Positions 31,161 to 40,699 of a stretch of DNA of 64,000 bases are shown in pieces (the stretch's first letter is position 1; every line of letters starts with the position of its first letter). The stretch is from a virus. The position numbers were made by a program, and so were the translations under genes. The notes below the pieces were generated by a model. It did no database searches. It was not told the origin of the DNA and saw nothing but the letters and a program-made list of their open reading frames with translations. The stretch lies in the IMG/VR virus record IMGVR_UViG_3300008740_000712, positions 55,131 through 119,130 of that record. One strand, 5' to 3'.

Positions 31161-31398
31161 TTGTCTCTTGCATTTCTCCCAAAAAGATTGATAATTCTTT
31201 TGAGTGCTCTAAAAGGGAGCCTAGGGTGTCATCTCCGTAATATGTGTCTAAGTTGTAAACAATTTCCAGATGCTCACGGAAGGACTCGACGGCCTCGAAG
31301 CTTTCATCTACCCTTGAGTATGTCTCCAGTGCTTTTCTGGAAACTACAAAAAGGAGTAGTGTTAAAATAATGTTTAAAATAATAGATATATATATCAT
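31123..31398 (-). CDS. Small membrane-anchored hypothetical protein
   Basis: Start reassigned to ATG 31398 (ATGA overlap with upstream stop); N-terminal hydrophobic helix MIYISIILNIILTLLLFVV. Confidence 0.65.
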   Translation of the reverse strand: MIYISIILNIILTLLLFVVSRKALETYSRVDESFEAVESFREHLEIVYNLDTYYGDDTLGSLLEHSKELSIFLGEMQETNDDANTKTQEEG

Positions 31399-31652
31399 TC
31401 GATAATCCTCGACGAGAGAGTTTCTCTTTCTCCCTTGATTTCTTCTTTTGTTTCTTCTATGAATTTTTTCACTTCTGTGCCCGCGGGCTTTTCTGAGTTT
31501 GTCTCTTTGGTTTTGCCTAGAGAAAAGTCGGAAATCCTTTTTTGGATTTCTCCCTTTCCACACTCTACACAATTATCTACTCTTTCCGCCATGCCATGTC
31601 GGACTTCGAAAATCTCTTTGCAGGATAGACATTCATAAATATATTTCGGCAT
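31395..31652 (-). CDS. FmdB-family zinc-ribbon protein
   Basis: MPKYIYECLSC...CVECG...IQKRIS matches the CxxC-CxxC family. Confidence 0.85.
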   Translation of the reverse strand: MPKYIYECLSCKEIFEVRHGMAERVDNCVECGKGEIQKRISDFSLGKTKETNSEKPAGTEVKKFIEETKEEIKGERETLSSRIIE

Positions 31653-31840
31653 TAGAGGGAACTATCTTCCACTCCAGATTCATCAATCTTGAAAGTGGGG
31701 GGGTTATTCACCACCAACTCACCCTCAGAACTTACGTCAAATTCAAGTTCGTCTAAGATTACAGTTATATCAGACTGCTCCAATAGACACTTCTGTAGTG
31801 CCATCATGAGAGTGCCATTTGCTTGTTTGCTCAATTTCAT
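31652..31840 (-). CDS. Hypothetical protein (62 aa)
   Basis: Preceded by GAAAGGA RBS-like sequence; stop overlaps the next start. Confidence 0.65.
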   Translation of the reverse strand: MKLSKQANGTLMMALQKCLLEQSDITVILDELEFDVSSEGELVVNNPPTFKIDESGVEDSSL

Positions 31841-31900
31841 ATTATAATTCCTTTCACATATGATTTATATTATAGGGTAAATGTTCTATAAATTTAAGAA

Positions 31901-31909
31901 ATAAATAGT
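31901..31909 (-). promoter_or_regulatory. Putative late promoter motif ACTATTTAT
   Basis: Same 9-mer as 20422-20430, at the start of the AT-rich intergenic gap 31841-31909. Confidence 0.5.
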
Positions 31910-32272
31910 CTAATCACCTTTTTGGATACGATAGCTGTCCTCATCGAAATGTTGTGTTGAAAATTCAAACAACTCTGAATTGTCGATCGCGATCATTTGG
32001 TGTCTCAATCCCCTGTAGACGTGAAAGTTTTCACCTGGTTCAAGAATTATCTCTTTACAATTCTCCAAATCGTCTTCGTCGGAATAGAGAACCCTCATCC
32101 TCCCCGACTGTAAGTAGAAAACCTCGTCTTTCAATTTGTGATAATGCCAAGAGCATCGTTTTCCGGCCTCGAAGAAAAGTAACTTTCCGCAATATTCTTC
32201 GCAATTAACAATCCATCGTTCCCATCCCCACCCCTTGTCAACGTGGTTCATGGGTAATTCTACACTGTTCAT
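31910..32272 (-). CDS. Cupin-fold sugar isomerase (mannose-6-phosphate / D-lyxose isomerase-like)
   Basis: VDKGWGWERWI, CSWHYHKLKDEVFYLQSG, GLRHQM cupin motifs; GGAG precedes ATG 32272. Confidence 0.8.
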   Translation of the reverse strand: MNSVELPMNHVDKGWGWERWIVNCEEYCGKLLFFEAGKRCSWHYHKLKDEVFYLQSGRMRVLYSDEDDLENCKEIILEPGENFHVYRGLRHQMIAIDNSELFEFSTQHFDEDSYRIQKGD

Positions 32273-32283
32273 ATCACTGTCTC

Positions 32284-33279
32284 CTATTTCTTCCAAAAAT
32301 CATAAATACCTTTATCCAGTTCGTAATTGTCCCACACAAATCTATCTTTCATTGGCTGCTTTTGTGCCCAATTCCACATCAGGGTTAATCCTTCTTCCAA
32401 ACTTATCGAGTGTTCGAAACCTAACAAGTCAACTGATTTTTGCCAAGTGGACCATGCATGTTTGGCTTCGTGCCTTTGCTCCAAATAGACCGGTTTCAAT
32501 TTAGTTCCTGCCACTTTTATCAAAGTCTCACACGCTTCATTAATCGTGCTCTCCTTAATCCCACCTAAGTTTATTATCTGATCGATACATTGGGGATTTT
32601 GAGATGCATTCCAAAACGGCAACAGAGAATCGTCAACATAACTGAATGCTCTTTTTTGCTCTCCGTCACCGAAAATTGTGGGACTAACCCCATTCATGAT
32701 CTGGTACATCCAAATTCCCAGAACATTTCGATATTTATCCCAAATATTCTGATTTCTTCCATAGAAGTTGTGGGGTCTTATTATTGTATAGTCTAGACCA
32801 TGCTGGTCATATGCTATTTTCAAATCCTGTTCAACAGAAAATTTTGCTACCCCGTAGGGATCTATCGGGCACTGCTGAAGATCTTCGTGAAATGGTGGTT
32901 CATATTTATCTCCATATACTGACATCGAACTTGCGAATACGAACCTCTTAACGTCAAATTCAATGCTAGCGGTGATCAGATTCGTAGAGGATATTAAATT
33001 GTTTTCGTAATTGTATTTTCTTATAAAAGGACTAAGACCTTCCGCAGCATAGGCTGCGAAGTGATATACAATTTCTGGTCTTTCTTTTTCGAATAAATCC
33101 TTAACTTTATCAAGATTTTTTAAATTGAATTTGAAAAACTTAACTCTTGAGTTTACGTTGCTCATATATCCACCGCTCAAATCATCGATGCCGATGACTT
33201 GGTGGTCTGTGTTTTCGAGAATCCAATCTGCCAATCGGGAACCTAAAAGACCTGCTACACCTGTAATTAAAATTTTCAC
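32284..33279 (-). CDS. NAD-dependent nucleotide-sugar epimerase/dehydratase (extended SDR)
   Basis: GVAGLLG, HFAA, YGVAK, RPHNFYG, IFGDGEQKRAFSYVDD. Confidence 0.9.
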   Translation of the reverse strand: MKILITGVAGLLGSRLADWILENTDHQVIGIDDLSGGYMSNVNSRVKFFKFNLKNLDKVKDLFEKERPEIVYHFAAYAAEGLSPFIRKYNYENNLISSTNLITASIEFDVKRFVFASSMSVYGDKYEPPFHEDLQQCPIDPYGVAKFSVEQDLKIAYDQHGLDYTIIRPHNFYGRNQNIWDKYRNVLGIWMYQIMNGVSPTIFGDGEQKRAFSYVDDSLLPFWNASQNPQCIDQIINLGGIKESTINEACETLIKVAGTKLKPVYLEQRHEAKHAWSTWQKSVDLLGFEHSISLEEGLTLMWNWAQKQPMKDRFVWDNYELDKGIYDFWKK

Positions 33280-33280
33280 C

Positions 33281-34174
33281 TTATTTAAACCTACCCTTCA
33301 ATAAACTGGACACGTCTTCGGTGGGACTCAATCCCTTATTTTTATGAACCGAATACATGAGTGCTGGGTCAATAGTGTGGCAAAAATAGAACTGTAATTG
33401 GTCTTTTACATTAAGTGGTGATATATCACTGATTTTTCTTGCATCTGTTTTTTCCCATGTCATTAATTCGGCACCCTTATCAGAAATAAAGAATTTTGCG
33501 AATGTTACGTCGTCACCAATACACTTTACCTCGTAAGGACTGCGTACCATATCCACCCTGTTCTCTCTCTCCTCTTTAACTAACTCTTCAATAAGTTTTC
33601 GACTGACCAGGAATGCGGAACCACTAGCAAACATTATGACAGGTGGTTGATTTTGATTGTGCCCGTTGTCGTAAACACCTGGACTACCAGCATACACATT
33701 GTCTCTTTTCCCCAGAGATTCAACATATTGTTTTAAGATATTCAAATCTATATAAGTTCCACAGTTTGTTCTCAACACATAGTCAAACTCTTCATTATCC
33801 AAAATCCACTCAAAAGCATCAATTGTTTTGTAATATATATTTTCTCGGCCCTCCTGGGTATCGGAGTAGATACAATCATCAATTGCAAAAGGATGTCGCT
33901 TTCTTCGCACGTTGGTGCTGGCATCTTTAGGTGGTTGCCCTTCGTATATACAGGAGTCCTCGACCACATCTCTGTATTCAGATTCTTCAGGAAAATCAGT
34001 TCCTGGTCGATGCCCATATATGTAAAAAACTTTTACCCCGTCTACCTGCTGGGATGCCCACGTTCTACGGACTGCTGTTACCATATCTGTGTAACTAGAT
34101 GCTCGACCATCCTTGATGCATCTTCCGCAGACACATACATCATCATTCGATAAAACTATAACTGCTATTTTCAT
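33281..34174 (-). CDS. Putative GT-A glycosyltransferase (GT31-like)
   Basis: IRRTW-like VRRTWA, KTIDAFEWI...FDYVLRTN, FASGSAFLVS, GDDVTF pattern resembles galactosyltransferase-type enzymes. Confidence 0.55.
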   Translation of the reverse strand: MKIAVIVLSNDDVCVCGRCIKDGRASSYTDMVTAVRRTWASQQVDGVKVFYIYGHRPGTDFPEESEYRDVVEDSCIYEGQPPKDASTNVRRKRHPFAIDDCIYSDTQEGRENIYYKTIDAFEWILDNEEFDYVLRTNCGTYIDLNILKQYVESLGKRDNVYAGSPGVYDNGHNQNQPPVIMFASGSAFLVSRKLIEELVKEERENRVDMVRSPYEVKCIGDDVTFAKFFISDKGAELMTWEKTDARKISDISPLNVKDQLQFYFCHTIDPALMYSVHKNKGLSPTEDVSSLLKGRFK

Positions 34175-34214
34175 TCTGTCTCTCTCCTTAATTTACCCAC
34201 CATTGGTAATGTAT

Positions 34215-35000
34215 TTACCATGCTGATCTTCCGCCATTCATCACTATGTTCTCACCCGTCATATAGGAACTTGCCTCAGAACACAGAAAAACTATGGCAC
34301 CTTTATATTCGTCCCTTTTAGCCATACGACCCATAGGAATTAGATTTGCAAGTTTCTCAACAAACTCAACTGGCTGATTGTTGTAAACTCCTCCCGGACT
34401 CAAGCAATTAACTCTAATATTCTTTTCCGCAAAATAAGTGGCAAGATACTTTGTCATTCCCACAATTCCAAATTTAGAAGCAGAGTATGTTATCGGTTTT
34501 TTGCCATTTAAGTATATTCTTTGGTCAGGGGCAATGACACCCAAATCTGAGGAGATGTTCACAATTACACCGGAGCCGTCGGATGCGAACTTGTTACAAA
34601 ACACTTGGGAACACAAAAATGTTCCATCCAAACAAGTCTCTATTCCACTCTTCCATTCTTTTAGAGTCATTGTCTCAAAATCTCCCCCTACTTTTCCCTC
34701 TGAAGAAACTGTGGGGTTTTTTGCTGCGTTATTTATTAAGACATTGACAGTAGGGTGGGCAGAGGCAGCTGCTTCAATTGTCTTTCTGTCTGTCACGTCC
34801 ACAAAAACGGATCGTACTCTTTTTTGATCAAATTTCTCACACAATTTATCCGCAACCTCGGTGGCTTTTTCTAAGTCGTTATCTGCTATCACCACTGATC
34901 CTCCATGCTCCAGAATTGCCTCGGCGTGCATTTGACCCAACATTCCGGCACCACCAGTTATAAACACCGTCTTGCCCTTTAAATCAAAAATACTTGTCAT
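34215..35000 (-). CDS. Short-chain dehydrogenase/reductase (SDR)
   Basis: TGGAGMLG, LINNAA, NISS, YSASK, IRVNCLSPGG. Confidence 0.9.
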   Translation of the reverse strand: MTSIFDLKGKTVFITGGAGMLGQMHAEAILEHGGSVVIADNDLEKATEVADKLCEKFDQKRVRSVFVDVTDRKTIEAAASAHPTVNVLINNAAKNPTVSSEGKVGGDFETMTLKEWKSGIETCLDGTFLCSQVFCNKFASDGSGVIVNISSDLGVIAPDQRIYLNGKKPITYSASKFGIVGMTKYLATYFAEKNIRVNCLSPGGVYNNQPVEFVEKLANLIPMGRMAKRDEYKGAIVFLCSEASSYMTGENIVMNGGRSAW

Positions 35001-35760
35001 ATAAATCCTTGAATATTTTTGTATGATTTCTTATTGTCGATAATTCATCACCCGGCTTTTCTCTGGCAGTCTGTAATATAAATTGCCCAGAATAGTCCAC
35101 GGAACTTAATTTTTTAAATATTAGATCAAAATCTGTATCTCCGGTAGTGGGGGAGACTGTTTGTCTGTCATATGTTCTGTCCTTTATGTGTACATTTACA
35201 ATCTTTTCCCCGAAAAAATCTATAAACTCCTCGTGGTCAACACCGCAAGAAGTGATGTTTCCTGTATCATATGTAACACAAAAGTTATCACACAGACGCA
35301 CTATGTCATTTAATTTATCGATTGGCATTTCGGACTCAAAAGCAAATTTTATCTCAGGATACTTATCTCCATACTCCTTCACTATCTTACAAAAGTCCTG
35401 CCTCTCTTTGTCGTCATTTAAGTCACTTTCATCTAAAACAGGTATTGTCAAAATATACACCCCAATCGTCTGTGCCTGTCTGCAAACAGGATCTAAGTAT
35501 TTTGCTAAGAACTCCCTGTTTGCTATGAAATTGCTGACTAACGTATCAAGACATATCGACAACACTGGTTTTTCTCTAATGTCATCGGGATTAAGAAATA
35601 ATGGATTCTTATCAAAGGAATTGGGAGTAACCAACCACTCGACACCAGATAATCCTATTTTCTCCAAGGCATCGAATTCGTTTCTCCAATATCTTGGGAA
35701 CTCCTGATATAGACCGTCGGTGGGCCTCGTCAGTCGTCCTTGTAGCACCCCTATCTTCAT
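34984..35760 (-). CDS. Sugar-phosphate isomerase/epimerase (xylose-isomerase-like TIM barrel)
   Basis: IGVLQGRL, GVEW, FAFES, VTYDTGN, NVHIKDR, GDTDF motifs. Confidence 0.85.
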   Translation of the reverse strand: MKIGVLQGRLTRPTDGLYQEFPRYWRNEFDALEKIGLSGVEWLVTPNSFDKNPLFLNPDDIREKPVLSICLDTLVSNFIANREFLAKYLDPVCRQAQTIGVYILTIPVLDESDLNDDKERQDFCKIVKEYGDKYPEIKFAFESEMPIDKLNDIVRLCDNFCVTYDTGNITSCGVDHEEFIDFFGEKIVNVHIKDRTYDRQTVSPTTGDTDFDLIFKKLSSVDYSGQFILQTAREKPGDELSTIRNHTKIFKDLYDKYF

Positions 35761-36482
35761 TGCACAAACATCCTGTTTAACCTCACCTCTTCAGAAATCA
35801 TATGTCCGTCGTAAGAAATAACATGATGAGTATATTTTGCAACATCCTGAGTCGTCATAAAGGTATCATAAATTTGCCCCAACTTTTCAACTTCCTTGCC
35901 CATGTCGGTCTGAATCGATCCTGGGGAGATGCAGTACACTCTCACACCATCTTGCTTCAATTCCTTGAACAAAGACCTAGACAAACCCAAGAGGGCGTGC
36001 TTTGAGGCACAATAAGCAGATGTCTTGGGGGAACCACCGTAGGCTGAAGAGGAAGCAATATTCACAATTCTGCCCCACTGATTTTTCTTCATGCCGGGTA
36101 AAAACTCTCGAATAATAACAAAAGGAGATTCTACATTCACCTTCATGCAATTTTGAAAATCCTTCGTTGTCATATCCTCGATAGAAGATATGGGAAAAGT
36201 GGCAGCTGCGTTGACTACGACATCGATGTTCCCAAAATCATTTTTGATTGTAGATGTCATACTCAGTACAGACTCACTATCCGACAATTCGCAGACATAA
36301 GTTCCAATCTTCTGTTCTTTCATTGCGATAAGTGATAACTCGTCTTTTAAATTCAGAAGCTTTTTCCAGTCTCTTCCCACCAAAACAACATTGTTTCCTG
36401 TTTTGAGAAACTCTTCACACATCGACTTTCCAAGTCCTCCATACGCACCTGTTATAAGAATATTTTTACCCTGTAGTGTCAT
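35757..36482 (-). CDS. Short-chain dehydrogenase/reductase (SDR)
   Basis: TGAYGGLG, VVNAA, NIASS, YCASK, VRVYCISPG. Confidence 0.9.
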   Translation of the reverse strand: MTLQGKNILITGAYGGLGKSMCEEFLKTGNNVVLVGRDWKKLLNLKDELSLIAMKEQKIGTYVCELSDSESVLSMTSTIKNDFGNIDVVVNAAATFPISSIEDMTTKDFQNCMKVNVESPFVIIREFLPGMKKNQWGRIVNIASSSAYGGSPKTSAYCASKHALLGLSRSLFKELKQDGVRVYCISPGSIQTDMGKEVEKLGQIYDTFMTTQDVAKYTHHVISYDGHMISEEVRLNRMFVQ

Positions 36483-37299
36483 CTTTTTTTCTCAACTTTT
36501 TAGCAATTGGGATTTCCGAATCATAAACAATCTTTGCTCCCGTTCCTAGCATCAGTTCCATTTTTCGAATGCCATCAATTAAGGAATCGGAGTCTTCAAT
36601 CGAAGCAGACTGATCTGAACCGTAGGCAGTCCTATCGTTGGTTATGTGAAATTCAATGCACTCTGCACCAAGAGCAACTGCACCGACGCAGGCGTCTAAT
36701 CCACTATAGTGATTTGAAAAACCAACAGATAAATCAGGATAGTTTCCCTTTAGTGTTCGAATGTGTCTTAGGTTTATCTCTTCCGGTGCTGTGGGGTATG
36801 TGCTCGTACATGCTAGAACGATTTTTAAATTTTTAAGAATTCTTATTGCAGCAGAGATTTGCTCCGTAGTACACATTCCGGTAGACAGAATAACAGGTTT
36901 TCCTGTTTCGTTTAATTTGTTTAAAAACTCCTTATCGGTCGCAAGTGCAGATGCCACTTTATGATATTTGACATTTAAGTTTTCTTCAACAACATCGACA
37001 CTATCGATATCCCAACAGGAAATAATGAATTCCATGCCCTTCTTGGCGGTGTATTCTTCCAACTCTTTATATTGCTCAATGGAGAATTCCAGACCTTCCT
37101 TCTGCTGTCGATTGGTGGTGCCCCAGGGTGATTCCCTACCATTGTCCAACTCCTCTTTGGTATAGACAAGTTCTATTGTTCTTTTTTGAAACTTAACAGC
37201 ATTAGCACCAGATGATGCTGATTTATCTATTAGTTTCTTTGCCAGCTCTATATCACCGTTGTGGTTGATTCCTATTTCTGATATTACATATGTGGTCAT
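36466..37299 (-). CDS. neuB: N-acetylneuraminate / nonulosonic acid synthase (NeuB family)
   Basis: ISEIGINHNGD, ANAVKFQK, KVASA, KPVILSTGM, CTSTYP, GFSNH, IEFHIT; lacks the usual C-terminal SAF/AFP domain (277 aa). Confidence 0.9.
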   Translation of the reverse strand: MTTYVISEIGINHNGDIELAKKLIDKSASSGANAVKFQKRTIELVYTKEELDNGRESPWGTTNRQQKEGLEFSIEQYKELEEYTAKKGMEFIISCWDIDSVDVVEENLNVKYHKVASALATDKEFLNKLNETGKPVILSTGMCTTEQISAAIRILKNLKIVLACTSTYPTAPEEINLRHIRTLKGNYPDLSVGFSNHYSGLDACVGAVALGAECIEFHITNDRTAYGSDQSASIEDSDSLIDGIRKMELMLGTGAKIVYDSEIPIAKKLRKKDDTTG

Positions 37300-38510
37300 T
37301 AGTCTCTCCTATTATTGAAATATTCAATTGTTTTTCTCAGTGCATCTGCCTTGCTCTTTGCGATCCCTAGATTACGATAATTTGTCTTAATCTGCATTAA
37401 TCTTGGTTGCAACTCCTCTGCCACCGGGCATATCCCCTTTTGGTAAGATACGTTGGAATAAATTTCCGGATACCTTTTAACATATTCCCTATTATACATG
37501 AGGGGTTCTAGATACGGATTTTTCCAAGCGGCATAATATCCATCACCCCCAAGTTCGACATACTTGTCTCTAAACTCTTGCCAGATTACTCCCATGTGTG
37601 TGTCTCCATCATATCTTACTCCCAAAGTATAATACGAATGGACTGAATTGTAAAGAACTTTCTGAGGGGTTAAATAATCACACTCCCCAATTGCTTGCAG
37701 AAATAGATTTGCTACTGATTTTCTCATTTCTATTTTCTCTTCCAAGTCCTCGAATTGTGCCAAGGCAATTGCTGCGGAAAACTCACTGAGTCTGTAGTTC
37801 CAACCTAATGAGTCGTGTCTTTCGAAATCGGGATCTTGAAAATCATATTGGTTTGAGAACTTTATTTTTCCACCATCAGCGCTCAAATTCTTATAACCAT
37901 GTCCTGCTACTTTTCGAGCAGACATTGCAAGATTCTCATCATTGGTCAATAGTATGCCACCCTCTCCGCAACTCATTTGTTTAGCATTCTCGAAACTCCA
38001 ACTAGAAAAGGAATTAGAAACACCTACTCGGTTTCCCTTATGTTGGGACAAGAGGCATTGCGCGTGGTCCTCAATGACTGGAATATTGTATTTTTCGGAG
38101 ATCTCATTGATCCTACCCATGTCACAAACGGCACCGTATAAAGTGACGACAATAATTGCCTTTGTTGACGGAGTTATTTTTCTCTCTATATCCTCCGGAT
38201 CTATAACAAAAGTCTCCGGATCGACATCTGCATAGACTGGGATTGCATTACACTGTATGATAGTGGATGTATCCATGATTACCGTAAGTGCCGGTGTTAT
38301 AACTTCGTCACCAGCACCAACACCGAGGGCCTCTAGGGCAGCATGTAAGGTTGCGGTGCCGGAATTCATGGCAATAGCATACTTGCATTCAAAAAAATCC
38401 GAAAACTTCTTTTCCAGTGTTCTGCACCAGGTGCCGTGTTCTGCGGGTTGGCCATCCAGTACCATCTTCAGGTATTTTAATTCATTTCCTGTATATTTGT
38501 CACTCTTCAC
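37299..38510 (-). CDS. DegT/DnrJ/EryC1/StrS PLP-dependent sugar aminotransferase
   Basis: NSGTATLHAALEALGVGAGDEVI, VIEDHAQ, SFENAKQMSCGEGG, GWNYRLSE. Confidence 0.92.
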   Translation of the reverse strand: MKSDKYTGNELKYLKMVLDGQPAEHGTWCRTLEKKFSDFFECKYAIAMNSGTATLHAALEALGVGAGDEVITPALTVIMDTSTIIQCNAIPVYADVDPETFVIDPEDIERKITPSTKAIIVVTLYGAVCDMGRINEISEKYNIPVIEDHAQCLLSQHKGNRVGVSNSFSSWSFENAKQMSCGEGGILLTNDENLAMSARKVAGHGYKNLSADGGKIKFSNQYDFQDPDFERHDSLGWNYRLSEFSAAIALAQFEDLEEKIEMRKSVANLFLQAIGECDYLTPQKVLYNSVHSYYTLGVRYDGDTHMGVIWQEFRDKYVELGGDGYYAAWKNPYLEPLMYNREYVKRYPEIYSNVSYQKGICPVAEELQPRLMQIKTNYRNLGIAKSKADALRKTIEYFNNRRD

Positions 38511-39267
38511 TTTTGCTCTCCTTCAAAATTGGTTTATTAATATTTTCCTGATTCTTCTTCCACTTCTCATCAAGATAAAAATTAATATTTGCTAATTCAG
38601 GATTATCGCAAATCAACTTATATGCTTCTTGGAAGTTAATTGTTCTACCCTCTTGCAACAATCTTTTTATCACAGATTCAAAAAAAACCAAGTCGTCTTC
38701 GTAATCCAGAGTCATTCTTACATTCTTTTTTCTATAACATTCTGGCACATCTTGTATTCTCTGGACATCGAACAGATCTGTTTCGGTGAAGTATGGTCTG
38801 ATATATTCCGTCTTCTCTGTTGCCTTGATGTCGCAGACTTTTTTTAGAGAGTTGTAGGAAATTCCATAAGCATCATTATACAGTCCATGACCGTCTATAA
38901 AATCGACGTTGCTATTCTTGTTCTGCTCGAATATCAAATCAGCAAGTCCACAATCAAACAACAAATCATCTCCATCTACGTTCACAAAAAAATCAACCCC
39001 ATACTCTTCACAGGCAGACTTCCATCGAACTAACTTGTCCTCGTTTGCGCCGCGGAAGAAGGATATTCCATTCTCAGTTGCTATGTCGCACAAGGCAGTG
39101 TCCTCTTCTCTCTCGGTCGTACATAAAATAATTCTATCAGCATGTTTAGACTTCTTTAAACTGTCAATCAAGTAAAAGATAGTTGGTTTATCAACTATTT
39201 CCCTCATGGCCTTGAAGGGCAGCCTACTAGAATTTGCCCTAACAGATATAAAAATGCAATTACTCAC
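38500..39267 (-). CDS. CMP-nonulosonate synthetase / cytidylyltransferase (SpsF/PseF-like)
   Basis: VRANSSRLPFKAM, FFRGANEDKLVR, VNVDGDDLL, RMTLDYEDD. Confidence 0.85.
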   Translation of the reverse strand: MSNCIFISVRANSSRLPFKAMREIVDKPTIFYLIDSLKKSKHADRIILCTTEREEDTALCDIATENGISFFRGANEDKLVRWKSACEEYGVDFFVNVDGDDLLFDCGLADLIFEQNKNSNVDFIDGHGLYNDAYGISYNSLKKVCDIKATEKTEYIRPYFTETDLFDVQRIQDVPECYRKKNVRMTLDYEDDLVFFESVIKRLLQEGRTINFQEAYKLICDNPELANINFYLDEKWKKNQENINKPILKESKSEE

Positions 39268-40025
39268 CCTACACCACAGTCCAATAAATTGTCATGATTA
39301 AGATCCAGCATCGTATTCATGTACGGATCTATTTTAATGCAAGAATTTAGGGACAAGAGTCTCTTGAAGTAGGAGAGTTGAACCATCGCAGCATGGCTAC
39401 CGTGACCAAAGGTTCTCCCATCCGTGTCGGCCTTGTCCATATGACCAGGGCAATAAAGGTCTTCATATCTTTCACCACCGGTATAGAAAGAGAATCCGGT
39501 TATAAGCAATTCTTTGATAGGATAGTTAAGTAAAGTTACGATGCTTGCCATGCCTGTGTGAAACTCTACACCTATTTCTGCATATATCCTATTGTAATCC
39601 CTCACCCCAATCCAATAAAAAGGGAGGTCGTATTCGTTAATATCTTGAAAATTATGCACCACCTGACTTACGTGGTTGTCCGGCCAATTGAGAAAATCTA
39701 CGTCTTGGTGGGATGCTTTGGTGGCAGAACACACGACAAGTTTTAGATTTTTAAAATACTCTCGTCTGTCCTCCGACTCGATCTTCCTCTTTATACCTGG
39801 CATCCATTGCGTCCCGAAATTGCAAAACATAATATCTGTCCTGTTACCATAGTCCAACCTCTGTTGTTTTAGGGGAATGATCTCATTTGGTCGGCAGACT
39901 ACATCATAGTCATCAAGATGCTTGTGAAGATTTTTTCCCTGTAGGTATCCGGCCGGACCAATTAAAGCTACCGTCTTTCCCTGCACAATATCATACAAAT
40001 CCTTGTTTATCTCCAACTTTTTCAC
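39264..40025 (-). CDS. GT29-like sialyl/nonulosonyl-transferase
   Basis: Sialylmotif L-like GKTVALIGPAGYLQGKNLHKHLDDYDVVCRPN and S-like FHTGMASIVTLLNYPIKELLITGFSFY; probable GTG start at 40025 overlapping the upstream TAG. Confidence 0.7.
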   Translation of the reverse strand: MKKLEINKDLYDIVQGKTVALIGPAGYLQGKNLHKHLDDYDVVCRPNEIIPLKQQRLDYGNRTDIMFCNFGTQWMPGIKRKIESEDRREYFKNLKLVVCSATKASHQDVDFLNWPDNHVSQVVHNFQDINEYDLPFYWIGVRDYNRIYAEIGVEFHTGMASIVTLLNYPIKELLITGFSFYTGGERYEDLYCPGHMDKADTDGRTFGHGSHAAMVQLSYFKRLLSLNSCIKIDPYMNTMLDLNHDNLLDCGVG

Positions 40026-40672
40026 TATTTGTAATCCATTGTGCAAACTTCTGCTTTTTTTCTTAGAATAGTCATACCATTGCATCTTGGAATTGTAGAA
40101 TATTCCCACTCATCTAAATCCAACTCGGCAATTGCTCGATATGGGCCACCATGATCCCACTGTTTATCTTTCGAGTCCTGAACCGATCTATATTGGGGCT
40201 GTGAATTATAGTACATAAGATCGTGTAAAAGGAACAGGTCATTGGGTGTGGCATACTTGGAGATCAATTCTATCTCCCTCTTAACATGTTCATATGAATG
40301 CCAATCGTCAATATAAAAAATCCTAGACCTAGAAGAATTAGATGTTTCTTGCAATACTTCTTCCAGATCTTCTTCCAAGAATTTTATAGCATCTTTTTGG
40401 TGGAACTGCCATCTCTGCTTCCAGTGATCGGGGAATTGGAAGTCTGGTACTACCGGGTCAATATCGACCGAGATCAATTTTGAATCAATGATGTCGCAAG
40501 CACACAAGAAAGGCAAAGTGCTTCTAGCAGTACGGACTCCCAATTCTAAAATGAGACACGGCTTCATGGATATCGAAAGTGAGAAGAGTGTCATAAGATG
40601 TTCATCGATATCTCCCTTGCCGTGTACCACAAGGTGCGTCAGTAAGTCAATTGGATTAATATTTTTATTCAT
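40025..40672 (-). CDS. Class I SAM-dependent methyltransferase (Methyltransf_24-like)
   Basis: LELGVRTARST, SVDID, FYIDDWHSYEHV, LLHD. Confidence 0.8.
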   Translation of the reverse strand: MNKNINPIDLLTHLVVHGKGDIDEHLMTLFSLSISMKPCLILELGVRTARSTLPFLCACDIIDSKLISVDIDPVVPDFQFPDHWKQRWQFHQKDAIKFLEEDLEEVLQETSNSSRSRIFYIDDWHSYEHVKREIELISKYATPNDLFLLHDLMYYNSQPQYRSVQDSKDKQWDHGGPYRAIAELDLDEWEYSTIPRCNGMTILRKKAEVCTMDYK

Positions 40673-40699
40673 ATCTCTTTTCTCCTGAATCTATTGTAA

